A DNA stretch of 64,000 bases, from contig OX597823.1 in NCBI GenBank assembly GCA_951406725.2, positions 72,044,001 to 72,108,000 on the forward strand, in the 5' to 3' direction. Each line of letters begins with the position of its first letter. The stretch's first letter is position 1. This document shows positions 36,975 to 51,663 of the stretch, piece after piece. The DNA comes from Octopus vulgaris (Eukaryota). The translations under genes were made by a program, and so were the position numbers. The notes beneath the pieces are model-generated. The model saw nothing but the letters and a program-made list of their open reading frames with translations, searched no databases and was not told where the DNA came from.

Positions 36975-37486
36975 GTTATCGTGCAATGCCTGTGCAAGAT
37001 GAGTTTTTTTAAAGTGAGGAAAGGCTGTGTACTGAGTCAATCTCTCTAACTAAACAACAGCAGCCATAATCTGAAAAGAAGAACAAGGCAACATCATCGG
37101 TAACCACTGAGCCGCAGGTTTTATGATGGAGTTATCCCAGTTACCCGAGTTACCTTCTCCTAGAAGGATGCCGTAACAAAGGCTAGGAGTCCTTCACTCC
37201 CAATGGTTTAACCGCGCGATCGGGTATTCAGTCCGATTATTTCTATGCCCCCGCGCATGATACAGCCTTAAGACACGTGAAAAGCAGTCATAATTGGATG
37301 GCCGTTGACTCTCAAGAGTTCCTCCGCCCTTTGACGGGTTTTGTTTTCCATCCCGCAGGATGTCCAATAAACACCCTCCTCACCAAGCAAGCTTGGTGGG
37401 GTTGCCGGTTTAGTCACCGACGACCCGAACATGCAACAGGTTGTACTGGGTTACATGTTACCAGTAGCACTCGAAAGTGACCTGAC
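36975..37486 (-). mobile_element. ~520-bp non-coding retroelement with RTE-like 5'UTR motif, copy 1
   Basis: Reverse complement of 56438-~56920 with high similarity; its 5' end abuts (CATA)n. Confidence 0.8.
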
Positions 37487-37576
37487 ATACATACATGCAT
37501 ACATACATATATACATACATACATACATACATACATACATACATACATACATACATACATACATACATACATACAT

Positions 37577-38085
37577 GTATGTACAAGTCTTCCACTCTTG
37601 ATAAGATAAGAACTGTTACCTCTGCTATACCCATGTGGAAGATATCACCCAGATCATCAGCAGCTTTCCCAAAATGTAGAGGCCAGCTGCCCAGCAGCTG
37701 TGAATGTACAATCAAAAATCCAGGAAAAAGAGAACACTTATGGTGAATCAATGCGGAACTTATTACTCTTTTACCCTGAATTTCCATTTGTACCAATCAT
37801 CATAGGTGCATTAGGTTATGTACCAACAAATTTGCAAAAAAAATGTTGGCGCAGATTCTCCAAATCCAAACTAATATTGGTACAGTGATTTGTAAGACAT
37901 TCCAAACATTCTCCATCTGAGATTCTTATGCGAATAGATGCACTCACTTGGGTAAATGCATCTGCAGTTCAACCAAGTCGACCACAAGTTTGGAAACACT
38001 GGGAAATCTTTTAACTCAAAAACTCTTGTTGTTCTGTTAGCTCTTCTTGAACTCTCTCAAGAATTTAAATTAAACTCAAAGAAAA
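37577..38085 (+). mobile_element. R4/Dong-type LINE 3' fragment (zinc knuckle + REL endonuclease remnant)
   Basis: CYLCYTHVEDITQIISS and SCPAAVNVQSKIQEKENTYGE...FVPIIIGALGYVP. Confidence 0.85.
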
Positions 38086-40219
38086 AACACATACATACAT
38101 ATATACATACAAAGTCTCCCTCATACACACACACGCGCGCATGCGCATATATATATATATATACATATATACACTTGTAAATCTTTATACATTTAAAAGG
38201 ATTTCATATTTTTAAGGAGTCCTTTGTGTCTCTCTGGAACAATGGCGTTCGTAAAATAAAATCTGGTTCATAAAAAAACCCACTCAAACACCGCCCACAC
38301 TGTGGACTCAGGAATGCCTCATTGATTTAACGAACGGATTCAGAACTCCACTTCGCAGTCATGGAGCTGAATTCAATGCCAATATATAGTAACATGGACA
38401 GATGTATATTATCATAACTTTGAGTCAACACAAGCATTGAATGACGAACCGATGTGACGGAAATGTTTTGAAGCCTGTCGGACGACTGTAGCTACAATAT
38501 AAAACGTCAGGTGTCCCACAAGCTACAGAAATAATTCTCCCCGAGAAGAACAGGAAAGATAGATTAATCTGTAAAATAGACAATCAACCACAAGCTAATT
38601 CAATGAATAAATTGTTTCATAACTGGAATCAGTTATTCAATCAGTGGAGAGATACATACACACACACATAGATACCTATAACATACATAAATAAATACAT
38701 ACATGCATGCATACATACATACATACATACATACATACATACATACGTACATACATAAACACATTCAAACAAACATACAGACACACACACATATACACTC
38801 ACATACAACCATACATACAAACATACATACACAGGCATATATATATATTTTTTTGATTTTCCCGTTTCTACGTCTTATTGTGGTGTCCTGTACTCACGTA
38901 TAATTATTTATATATGCATGTATATATACATGTAGATATAGGTACTTACATATATGTTTGTATGTATGCATATATTTTATTTATCACACATATATATATA
39001 TATATACATGCTAACAGATATTTGCAGTCACACATCCATGCATACATACATACATACATGCATATGTACATATTATATATATATGCTGATATATATATAT
39101 AGCGAGAGAGAGAGAGAGACACAAATATATAGACACATACACACATACATAGACACGCAGACGCACGCACACAATACACACACACAAACACACGCACATA
39201 CATGTATACACACACATATATTTTCTACTGGTATCTCTTTATCGTTTCCATCACTGGGCTGCGTCCAAAGAAAACCCATAAAGCAAACAAAGCATATGTC
39301 TTAATATTGCTGTTTATCCCTAATTGAGTTCAACCATGATTAAGAAGACATTCCAGATGAGACCATCCTATTTATTTCACAAGTGCCACAAAATCACTCC
39401 CTCATTACTGGCGACCGTCTTTAAAAATGCAGGTGCGTAAATTTAGACGGTCATAGCTGCTCTTTCTAGCAGAGCGTCCGCTTTTGTAGGTGTTCACTTG
39501 TTACATTAGTACGGTGGATCTTTTCCTGCAAACATCCCGAAGTATATTAAATAAAAAGAACTATTTTCAGTTCAAACATATTAATACACAATTTTACCAT
39601 TAGGAAATCAATTGCAGGAAGAAATACAAAAAGACAAATATAAAGAATGAAAATTGTTACATATATTAGAAATAATTGCTTTGATTAATAGGGAAGAAAA
39701 AGAAAATGCATTTATAATATTTGCACAAGCTGTAATCTTGCAAGCTGTAACATGTTCTAATCAACTAATAAACTAAACTAAGCACAGAAATTTCTAGTGC
39801 ACTCAGCCAGTCACCAAGTGACAAAGTATTGGGCATCATTTTGACCCGTCACGCTGTTTACGTGTTAACATCGTATATTTACTGCACTGCATGATCCCTG
39901 TGGCATTTTAGCTTTATGTATGTTAAAATGTTCCTTAAGCATACTCGGTTTGTTCTTTCGAAACATATAACATCGTATTTTTCTAATTGCTATTGTCTTT
40001 GTAATGTTGCTATTTGTTTACGTTCCCTTATTTTTGTATATTTTTTTTCTTTCATTCCCTTGGTACTTTTTTAATACATGCTATTAACATGAACACCTTA
40101 AACCGAAGTTGTGATAATATGAAATATTGTGTTTCGCACAATCAGTCATACTTATACATTTATACTCGTACATACGAATACATCCCCACACACACACACA
40201 CTATGTATGTGTGTGTATG

Positions 40220-40265
<46 letters not shown>

Positions 40266-40479
40266 TACATATATATATACATACATACATACATACATAC
40301 ATACATACATTTATATATGTATTTATCCTCTCTCTGTTTATTTTCCTCATATTTCTTTCTGCTGAAGAGTTTTGGCTCGAAATGTAATAGACTCTCTCAC
40401 TTTCTCGAGCATCAAGAAACTAATACACCTGCTTGTTGTTCATACACCTGTCTTCGTCTTTTGTTTTTCTGTAAAGTGC

Positions 40480-40531
<52 letters not shown>

Positions 40532-40624
40532 TTATATATATGTATATATATATATATACATATATACACACACATATATATATGTATATATATGTATGTA
40601 TGCATGTATGGATGGATGTATGTG

Positions 40625-40985
40625 TGTGTATTTGTATGGGGTTTTTTTATTTCAGTGATTTGACTGCAACCACACTAAAGAACCGCTTAAAGCGTTTTAG
40701 ACGAGGAAATCAATACCACGACATTCTTTGTAAACCTAGTACTTATTCTGTCGGTTCTTTCGCCGAACCACTAAGTTATGGCGATATAAACACACCACCA
40801 CCAGTTGTCAAACGTTAGCGGGGTTTGGGAATAAACAGAGAAAGACACACAAATACATACATATATATATATATGACTGACTGCTTTCGGATTCCCTTTA
40901 CCAAATCCCCCTCACAGTGTTTTGTCGGCCCGAGGAAATAGTAGTACACACTGGCCCAAGGTGTCACACAGTGTTGCCGAACCTG
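40625..40985 (-). mobile_element. Degenerate SINE family A
   Basis: ttcagtgatttgactgc...agtacttattctgtcggttctttcgccgaaccactaag...cccaaggtgtcacacagtg. Confidence 0.8.
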
Positions 40986-41831
40986 GAAATGGCACGAGAC
41001 TAGGGTATGATTACCGAGTTTGATAATTCGGTGGTGCTCCACTAACTGGTTAGCCAATCAGGTAAGTTGAGATAAGTTTGTCACATATTTCATCTACTAA
41101 AAGGCAAATACACTGCAGTTACTGTGGAGAATATATCTCTTTTATGGTAAAAAGGTATGAAAACACACGGTTCGTTCAGTGTCACCATTTGTTAGGAGTC
41201 TCAGACATCGACGTTTGAAGCTCCTTCACTATTTTCGAGGAGATGTTCCCATGAGTGGCAACTTTGAACAAACTTATAAAGCTGTAACTTCATGTATAAA
41301 TCAGTCAAAACGTTGATTGATTTGCGCCACTAAATCGGCCGACACACACACACACACATACGCACGCACGCACGCACACACACACATACACACACACAAA
41401 CTTACACACACATACAGATATACGCGTATATATATATATACACACACATATATATAAGATAGGCTCCTTTCAGTTTCCCTCTTCCAAATCCACTCACAAA
41501 ACTTTGATTGGCCCGGAGCTATACTTGAACTCAACCAAGGCACCATACAGTGAGAATGAACAGATTTTATTACAAAGTACTACAATTGTTCCGGCGCATC
41601 AGTATCAGCTGGTAATTGCTGAATTTTACACAATTGCCAGTTGTTATTGATGTGCCATGTTCTGGTATTAAAGTTCTTTTGTATATCCTCTACGAATATT
41701 CACAGATTTCGACATGTACATCCAGTAAAAGAAGTCTTACTGTATAATAGCATTTGGTACTTAATACTGAAGACGAGCTTTGGAAAGCACACTATACGTT
41801 TATTAATATGTGTGTGTATGTGTGTGTGTGT

Positions 41832-41874
<43 letters not shown>

Positions 41875-42269
41875 TGTTCCTAGTGACGGTTGTCATTGAA
41901 TTTTTGTCATAAGTATAATCAATCGTTTGCTTTTTTTGGTAATCGAAAAGCTTGCTTTGTCCAAGTTCGCATCGGAATCTTACTATTCCATGAAATATCG
42001 CTGGTCCAGGTGCCACGTGGAAAGCAGTTGTAATTCCCGACGAAACAATTACTACATTCAACTAAAGACATCTCTGACTTCATGGAGAAATTTTACAGAT
42101 AAAACTAATTTTGGAATATCTTGATATTTCAATAAATTTCAACAATACTAAGTAAGATTTTAGTTTGCTCTCTGTTAAATTTAGAAAATTTAATTTCAAA
42201 TTGATGGATTCCATTTCACATTTACTTATCCAGTATTTTTTTCCGTCGAGGGCTATGTTCCAATATTAG

Positions 42270-42676
42270 ACTCTTTACTCTTTTACTCTTTTACTTGTTT
42301 CAGTCATTTGACTGCGGCCATGCTGGAGCACCGCCTTTAGTCGAGCAACTCGACCCCTGGACTTATTCTTTTGTAAGCTCAGTACTTATTCTATCGGTCT
42401 CTTTTTGCCGAACCGCTAAGTGACGGGGACGTAAACACACCAGCATTGGTTGTCAAGCAATGCTAGGGGGACAAACACAGACACCCAAACACACACACAT
42501 ATATATATATATACGACAGGCTTCTTTCAGTTTCCGTCTACCAAATCCACTCACAAGGCATTGGTCGGCCCGGGGCTATAGCAGAAGACACTTGCCCAAG
42601 ATGCCACGCAGTGGGACTGAACCCGGAACCATGTGGTTGGTTAGCAAGCTACTTACCACACAGCCACTCCTGCGAC
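42270..42676 (-). mobile_element. Full-length young SINE family A
   Basis: Complete copy with ctctttta-type tail; nearly identical to 45775-46176. Confidence 0.95.
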
Positions 42677-42957
42677 TATATATTCTGTAGCCAGTATAAG
42701 CTTGAGGTTATAAATACATTTACATATTTTTTACTCGCCATCGTTTCTTAACTTACGGTGAACGCGCACATGCCTATTTGTTTACACACCACTATGAAAT
42801 CATAATCGCCTGTGTTGAATTAGACTAGTACTGATACGACTTGCAACATGCGCCACTTGTCGATCAGGACCAGGATGTAGTCAACACACACACACACACA
42901 TTCCAAAACAGCGACACAACGTACGGATGATTCACATACCTAACGTAGCTAATTCCT

Positions 42958-43083
42958 CATCAGTCAAGTCCCAAAGATCATAACAATTTCGCGCCTTTAA
43001 GGATGTTGTTGTTCACTTATATTGTAAACAATACTATCGGTAAAGGCGTGAAATTGTTATGATCTTTTGGACGTTGACCGATG
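42958..43083. repeat. Hairpin / MITE-like inverted repeat (~42-bp arms)
   Basis: catcagtcaagtcccaaagatcataacaatttcgcgccttta vs taaaggcgtgaaattgttatgatcttttggacgttgaccgatg. Confidence 0.85.
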
Positions 43084-43494
43084 GGATAGCAAGTATGTTG
43101 CGAGTGAAAGAACCTGTCTAAACGAGAATATAAAAAGGAGAAAGCAAAGTCTTCAGTGTGGTTTGTGGGGTCGACCGCGTCCTCCGCGTCATTTTTTGTA
43201 AATCACTCATTCTCATTTAATTGTATATATTTTAATTGTTTGTTTATTCATACGTTTCGTCTCATTCGATACCATGACCTCAGTGTTTGTTTGGTCTGTC
43301 CTCGTATCGTTCCCCCTCTTTTTCTCAACCTCATGGTTAATAAAGAAATTGACTGATGCGGAATTAGGTTTTGTTTGGGAATTTTACGCTCGCTCTGTCG
43401 CTGTTAAATCTTTGAAATATTATAATGTAACTCCACGCACTTTTTTGTCATTATCTTTTACTATTCATATATATATATATATATGTGTATGTGT

Positions 43495-43535
<41 letters not shown>

Positions 43536-45339
43536 TGTGTGTGTGTGTGTATGTATACATGGATATGTTTGTCGTTATGTATTTTTATGCCTGCACATTT
43601 CTATAAGATGTGAACGAAAGCCGGTGGGCGGTACAAAAAGGGAGAAGTAGCAAGGGAAGTAGAGAGAAAGAAAGAGTGAGAAAGAAAGAGTGTTCTGCAC
43701 ACATGTATGCATGATCGTGGTTTTTGTAAATACGTTTACTCTACAGGATGCCATATAACCACAATTTGTTTTGCGTTATTAGTAGTTTCCTCTCAATCGA
43801 TTAGTTAATTGGATGTGTCACTATATTTACAGCAAAATTAAAACGAATAAGACGACCTCAGTTTGTACTTTTTGAATAGAATTATCTCGAACAGAGTTAT
43901 AGATTGCTGAAAAAGGTCAATATTGTCACTTGTCTTTTTTTATATCAGCCAGTCGTAGTTTTATTAATCGATAAACATATCGATATGTCTGCAGCATGTC
44001 GGGCATATATCATTTGTTGGGGCGCACTCAAACGATGTACAGCAAATACCCTTTCTTAGACTCTGATGTGCTGTTTGCTTTTCCGATGCGGGTGGTACAT
44101 TTCTGTACCTGACGAGAGAAGCCATATATACTGTTGTATCTTTTAAATACGCTGTATGAAATACTAGTGGAATGCTATTTTTGTACATCGTATATATGTC
44201 TTAATTATGATGTTTTGGTAATATATTGCTCTGAATTTTTGTGTAAGATTCCCTTCTTTGTTTTCAATCTTCATACTATGTATTGCAGTGTTTTCAGGTC
44301 TTTGTTTATGGATAGTTTCTCTATTTCTTAAGGAGATATATTACTTTCCAGTTTGTCCTTTGATCACTACAGCTGTTGTCAGATACAACAAATGGTTGAA
44401 TATCATTCTATATCATTGGTATCAATATCTAGTATGATTTACCTCAAGGAAAAAAGTAGTGCATAATCCATTTCTAATAGGGTCGAACGTTTAGTTTTAT
44501 TATTCTCTCTTTCTACCTGAAAATGTCTTCTGGCAATCAATTCATGTCGTGTCTAGCAATTTGTTTGTCTTGATTAAAATTCGTTTACCAGTAATTAATC
44601 TTTAAAACCGCGAGACATTTTACAGCATTCCAGCTTGTCTGCTTTTCTAGTAGTGCACTAATTATCCATTCCTGCATTATTGTTTCGTTTCTGTTCCTTC
44701 CAATAAGATGTGTTTAGTTTATCAAATATTTATGTTATAAAAATAATTCTATCAAAAATTTTAGTTCACTACAAAGATCGTAGATATATTACATATGGTT
44801 ATAATGATTCTCATTATAATGATTATAATGATATTTTATATCTAGACACCGTATGACTGCCCCCACTCCCTTTATTTTTCCTGGATAACTTTACTTCCAC
44901 CTCTTTCCTTTTCTTCCATTCATGCAGCTGGCATTTGTTCCTGGTTTGCTAGCAACTGAACCCGTTCATAGTTTCGTTTCGAATTTAAATTATTGGGTCC
45001 TAGAATTTTGTCTTTAGTTTCTCTGAGATCCGTTCCAATAACCCTTAACATTCTACCAGATATGTCATTTTCTGTCATGCGACAGTGTCTAGTTTGCATT
45101 TCTTTAGATAAAATATATCTTTATTGATGTTTGTCATCCATTTCCTACTTACCCACTTACACGGCTTCATTGCCATATAATATAACTAATTAATATTTTT
45201 TGGGGGGTTATCACTGTATCACTGTATCAACCAGACTACCAAATGTTCTTATACATTGCTGTTCTTAACGTACATCCAATTCCTTCTTGATTGTTCTATT
45301 CTTTTCCATCTTGTCCTAAGTAGCTTAACTAAATAGTCT

Positions 45340-45770
45340 TTTCATTGTAGTAGAGGCCTTTCAAGTGGTCTTTAACGATCTCTTCGATATACCACCGGCA
45401 ACTGAACGGATCTGCCTTTTTTGTCTGCGAACCTTACGACTTGTCTGGCCCAGCACACTCTGTGCTTTCGGCATTCTGCGATCAGTTCACTCACTTCGCT
45501 CACTTTGCTTCGTTTTCGAATATGCTTTCGTAATATTCCTAGCATGAATCTTTCCACGACTCTTTCCGTCTTTGTCAATTGATGTGTTTTTTTTTCCATT
45601 TCGTAGTAACCCCTGTCTCATTTGCACATAAGTGCGCAAGTAGAACTCTGCAATTGAATGGTTCGGCCCGTATACATTTGTTTAGCCTTGTTTGAGCACA
45701 TTCTTCAATGACTTAAACACCTATCCTGCCCTTATTCTCGCCGAGCCTTCGGCATCTATATCTTGGTGCA
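45340..45770 (-). mobile_element. Decayed RTE-like LINE C-terminal fragment
   Basis: QLTKTERVVERFMLGI...IRKRSKV...WARQVVR resembles the RTE post-RT region (R.M.R.MLG...IR.R..V...WAGHV.R). Confidence 0.6.
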
Positions 45771-45774
45771 TATT

Positions 45775-46176
45775 CTTTTCTCTTTTACTCTTTTACTTGT
45801 TTCAGTCATTTGACTGCGGCCATGCTGGAGCACCGCCTTTAGTCGAGCAAATCGACCCCGGGACTTATTCTTTGTAAGCCCAGTACTTATTCTATCGGTC
45901 TCTTTTGCCGAACCGCTAAGTGACGGGGACGTAAACACACCAGCATCGGTTGTGAAGCAATGCTAGGGGGACAAACACAGACACACATACATACATATAT
46001 ATATATACATAAATACGACGGGCTTCTTTCAGTTTCCGTCTACCAATCCACTCACAAGGCATTGGTCGGCCCGGGGCTATAGCAGAAGACACTTGCCCAA
46101 GGTGCCACGCAGTGGGACTGAACCCGGAACCATGTGGTTGGTTAGCAAGCCACTTACCACACAGCCACTCCTGCGC
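45775..46176 (-). mobile_element. Full-length young SINE family A
   Basis: Complete copy; shares variants with 42270-42676 (gctaagtgacggggac, caatgctaggggg, ggcattggtcggcccggggctatagcag). Confidence 0.95.
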
Positions 46177-46881
46177 ATGTTTATTATGTTATATCATTTT
46201 AACGTTTCTGTCCTCTTGAGTCTATATCAGGATAGCCTTACAAGCCAGGCAAGAAAATTTGATGTGACAATATTCAAATATAGAACACTAAATATAAGAA
46301 ACTATAAGAAGCTACAAGTGACAATTGTAATATTTTAAAATGATAAAGCAAGAATTTAAATTCTATAAGTATACCCGAAATATTCTTCAAGGTAAAGTCT
46401 ATCAATGGAGCTGAGCTTTGTTTGGAAAAGATGATTTCTCTCTTGAACGTAAGTTTATCTTGTACATTTTGTATTTTGTATTTTGATACTGACAAACAAT
46501 AGTATTACACGTTAAATTATAGACTCTTCTGTGTCCGAAGTATTATTACTGTCATAGGCGTATGAGTTTTTGTTAGGTTTCCATATGTAAGTAGTGAGAC
46601 AAGATGATGTGTGGGTATGTACGGAAAGAGAAAGAGAAAGAGAAAGGGAGTAGATCAGAGGTAGGAAGAAAGAAACAGGAAGACGAGGACAGGAATAAAT
46701 ATTCTAACAGACGGAAGTAATATTTGGTCAAACTTGCGTTTGTCAGTGTACATATTTGCTTCTAAATATTTATTGGATTATCTTTGTGCGACAGACTCGC
46801 ATGTAGGTGTATGTATGTATATATATATATATATATATATGCATATACATACATATCCATATATATACATATAAATATGTG

Positions 46882-46913
<32 letters not shown>

Positions 46914-46932
46914 GTATGTATCTATCTATCTT

Positions 46933-47033
<101 letters not shown>

Positions 47034-47453
47034 GCATATATATGTATATATATATATATATATGTATATAGTTATATATATATATATATACATACATAGA
47101 CATATACATTTATATACGTATGTACATATACATATACATATGCACACATATATATGTTTATGTGGGTGCAAGTATGTATGTATATGTGGGTGTGAATATT
47201 TTCATACTCATGAAATTTTTCTGTGTGATATCGTATCCTTCGTCGCACAAGTTATGGAAAACTCATATAGACATTTGACTTTGATATAAAATTCATGCAC
47301 TAATGCACAAGATATACACTCGCACACAAGCACAGATACACACACACACATATATACACACAAAAACACAAACATACACACAGATACTCACAAACACATG
47401 CGCAAGTTTAATTTATTCCTCTCTTCCTTCATATGCATATACATACATATACA

Positions 47454-47493
<40 letters not shown>

Positions 47494-47517
47494 CACATTA
47501 TATATACATATACACAC

Positions 47518-47548
<31 letters not shown>

Positions 47549-47572
47549 CGCTCTCTCTCTCTCTCTCTCTCT

Positions 47573-47627
<55 letters not shown>

Positions 47628-48126
47628 ACTAGATATTCCAGCAGACCCATTCTCTACTACAAACATTTATGCATCCTAGTTTCGTGGAAGACAATACATG
47701 GAAATATAGACCGTACATTATGTATTTTTAGAAATATACCAAAGTCTCGTTTAGTAATATAAGCATTCATGTGTACAGAGATGCGTGAATGTTTAACCTA
47801 GATCCTCACAGGTAGACATCGATCCAATATGAAACAAATTACATGAAGCTGTCTTCAAATATGACATAGAAATGTTCAAGACTACTTTTTTATATGAAAC
47901 ATCACCAACAATAATGACCTCTAAGCATGGTACTAAGAGACGTTACTTGAGAGATTCAACAGAATTGACACCCTGAAGTTGTCGGGTATATATTTTATCG
48001 ATCGATAGAGATGAAAGGGAAATTTGACCCCGGTATAATCCGAGATAAAAGCAATACAACATCTTATTATTTGATGCAAGAGGATATATCATTAGAGCAG
48101 AAGTACACTTGAAAACTAGAAATATT

Positions 48127-48450
48127 CGCACATGGCTTAGTGGTTAGAGCGTCGGGCGCACAATCATGTTTGATTCCCGGACCGGGCAGTTTATTATGGT
48201 TTTGAGTAAGACACATTTTTTTCACGTTGCTCCAGGTCACTCAGCTATAGAAGTGGGTTGTGACGCTAAGCTGTATCGACCTTTGTTTTTCTTTTGGATA
48301 ACATTGATGGCGTGGAGAGGAAGGGCTGGTATGCATGGGTGACTGCTGGTCTTCCATTAACAACCTGGCCCAGACTTGAGCCTCGAAGGGTAACTTTCTA
48401 GGTGCAGTCCTATACCCATTGATGACCGAAGTGGGCCTTTACCATTTATT
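48127..48450 (+). mobile_element. SINE family C variant
   Basis: catggcttagtggttagagcg (A-box), tttgattcccggaccgg (B-box-like); 3' domain ggcgtggagagg...gctggtatgcat...ggtaactttctaggtg shared with 59963-60160. Confidence 0.85.
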
Positions 48451-49551
48451 CATTATAAAAGTAAAATCAAGTCTGGCAGCATTTCAATTTTACATTCTTG
48501 ACAATATAAACAGTGACTGAAACTACTACTTGTAAAATTTTAGAAATAGAGAAAATTCACAAAGCAATTGAATTATGCTATTCTTAGACACATATCAAGT
48601 TAACATGATAATGTAGTATGATTAGAAGGCTAGTGAAAAAAGGAGTCTGTTAACGAGGATGAGTGGGTAATTAATGATACACCAATTATTATAGTGAAAC
48701 ACTCGGCTGAGGAACATATAAGGCATAGTGCTATAATGCAATTATATTCGGGACCTACTAAACGTAGAAAGATTTCACTGTGTGGTATGTTTTATAGCTT
48801 TAATTTTAAGTACCAACACCTGTAATTAAACTACTCGTTACATTACTCATTATATATTTTTCGCATATCCTCAAATAAAATAAGTATTTCAAGAAAAATC
48901 GTACAAAAATATATTTCGCCTCATATGTCCCTGAGAAATATTAGCCAGCTTTAACCAAACTAATTTTAACCAAACAACCCTAATACATTATGCACACCAA
49001 CGTGAACATTATACAAAGTAATTGGCAAAGGTGAGGTATTTGTTTTGAGTACCATTGTTGACACAAACTTATCCTCAACATCGTTCATCGAATTGCTGGC
49101 TACTTCGTTTAAACTGAGTTCTATCAACACTTACATAGGATTAGGAACAAAATCAGCCAAGCAAAGCTATTGATTCCAAATTATATTAGCTATTTTAAGT
49201 TGAATAATAAGTATTTTTTTTATATACAATGTAAAACCTGAAACCATTAATAAATGCCCTTCTCAATTCTCAAAGCTATGAAATTCTATTTTCAAATGTT
49301 CAATTACTTAACCGTCATTCAGAATTAGTTTCATGATGTAGACGTGGAATTTGAGAACATTAAAATACCTTCTACTAATCTCTCCTAATGCGTAAAGTTT
49401 CGCCAATAAAATTCACTCATTTCGATGAAACTCAAATAATTATACTTACTATGTATACAGCACCAAATCTACTGCATCTCCATATGAACTTCATAATAAT
49501 TTTTGCTGGAGACAAACCGTTTTACTTCTTAAATCTTGATATAAATGTATA

Positions 49552-50062
49552 CCGTAAATCCTCGTGTATAATCCGCATTTTTCCCCAAAATTTAAAGGTC
49601 AAAATCCCTAGTGCGTACTATATACGAGGTTAACAATGAAAAATATTTTCTAAGCAATGTCCGAGTCTCTATTTGCTGTCCGGGAATGTTTATTCAGACG
49701 CATTTTGTGATGTCGGGCGCGAAAATATCTTAAGCTAAGCCTGAAAACAATGAAGTCATAAAAGAATCATCCATAACTTGCAGTAAGCAACATTTATTAA
49801 AGGTTATTACTGTTATTTCTTTATTTTCTGCAAACAAAATGCATAAAAAAGCTACACGTTTGCATTATGTTATATATACAACAATAATAAAGGACGTTAC
49901 CGTATACATTTTTACAAACCAAGGACGTTATATAGAACTCCTTGGCTCAAGTTAGAGAAGGGGTGCGTATTATATACAAGGTTTAGGTTTTTCAGAGGTA
50001 CAGCCCCCTAAAATTCCCCTGCGTATTATACTCAAGGTCAGACTATACTCGAGGATTTACGG
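49552..50062. mobile_element. TcMar (Tc2/pogo-like) non-autonomous element / MITE
   Basis: TIRs ccgtaaatcctcg(t/a)gtata(a/g)tc at both ends, TA duplication (49550-49551, 50063-50064), subterminal gcgta(c/t)tata repeats. Confidence 0.9.
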
Positions 50063-50867
50063 TATTTATTATGGAAAATATTGTTACCAATATAACTGCA
50101 TAATAATAATAATTGATAGGAATGTCTTGAGTAAATTCCCCTTAGTATGTTTTGTAATACATGAGTAACTTGGTGCAAAAAAGTCATAAGTAATAGTTTC
50201 AGCGCTATTAATAACTTTACTAGTAATTCTGAAATGATTTTAAATCAGCTATACTGCTCTGTTGCGTAGTCGCTATTCATACTAAGGAGAAAAAGAGCTG
50301 AAACCTAGAATGTTTTTACTGGCTGAAGGTACGGGTAATATTTCCAATAGGTGCATGTGATGCGGTATTTATAATAGTAACTGATAGTTAAAGAGATGAT
50401 ATTTCTTGCTTAAGAAGTATTAGCCTCAGGTATAAGTCGCATCCCAAATTTGTTTTCATGAAGTGGCATATATAAGAAAGGATTCTAAGTTGTCCACAAA
50501 TACATATATGTTACATATACACAGATACTAACGTGTACAAAAAAGTGCACACACAAATGGACACATAAACTATACACACAAGAAGGCAGTGGCGCGTAAA
50601 CACGCAACAACAACAACAGCAACAAGAGAGTAAACACGCAACAACAAATACATATTTTCAAACGGGCATGCACACGCAAATATGCATGTACAAGTTTGCA
50701 TACATGCATGAGTGTATGTATGCTCGTGTACAATTTTTCGTATCTAACAAAAATAGTGCGCTAATGACATATATTGACTCTGACAATGCATGATATCGTT
50801 ATTCATGTATGTGCGAGGAATTGTTTGATCACACATACGCCTCCACACGCCTTCGCTCTAATACTGT

Positions 50868-50919
<52 letters not shown>

Positions 50920-50974
50920 CGTGTGTGTGTGTGAGTGTGGTGTATATATATATATATATATGTTTTCTTAGTAT

Positions 50975-51173
50975 TTTTATTGTTTCAGTCATCTGAAAGC
51001 GGCCATGCTAGAGCACTACCTTTAGTCGATCTAATCGACCCCAAGACTTATTACTTGTAAGCCTAGTACTTATTTTATCGGTCTTTCGTGCTGAACCGCT
51101 AGTTTACGAGGACGTAAAGACACCAACAACAGCTGTCAAGTGATGATGGGGGGACAAACATACGCATGCACAC

Positions 51174-51211
<38 letters not shown>

Positions 51212-51507
51212 TTCATCAGGACAATGCGTGATCCCACACTGCAAAGATCACATCACGGAAGAACGAAGAGTTTGGTTGGGAAAAAATTCCTCATTTACCT
51301 AATTTTCCCGACTTTGATCCTTCAGACTACCATTTATTTTGTAGTTTACAGAATTATTTCTGCCAGCATGTCGCCCTCATTCACAAGGCTTTGGTCAATC
51401 CGAGGCTATAGTAAAAGACACTCGCCGAATGTGCCACGGAGTGGAACTGAACCCAGAACCATATGCTTAGCAATAAAGCTACTTACCACACAGCCACTCC
51501 TGCGCCT
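50975..51507 (-). mobile_element. SINE family A with a foreign internal segment (~51210-51375)
   Basis: Tail tgtttcagtcatctgaaagcggccatgc and head ccacacagccactcctgcgcc; the middle is replaced by unrelated sequence. Confidence 0.85.
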
Positions 51508-51604
51508 ATCTATTGGCTAATATTCATTTAGAAAAATAAGCATATGTATGTATATATATATATATAACTGTAATATAATATGTGATAATTATTCGGTTGC
51601 CATA

Positions 51605-51663
51605 ATAAGACTCCGAGTTTCAGATGTCGGGGTGAAAACCTGGTCCGGTATCTCTTCAGTTAT
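51605..51663 (-). ncRNA. Type-I hammerhead ribozyme motif
   Basis: Minus strand: ATAA CTGAAGA GATaccgg...ccgacATC t GAAA CTC g GAG TC TTAT; canonical CUGANGA core, GUC site. Confidence 0.72.

Noticed and set aside
43964-44110. Cys-rich minus-strand ORF end (ICCTSFECAPTNDICPTCC)
   Set aside because: No recognisable domain spacing or partner exons; compatible with chance.
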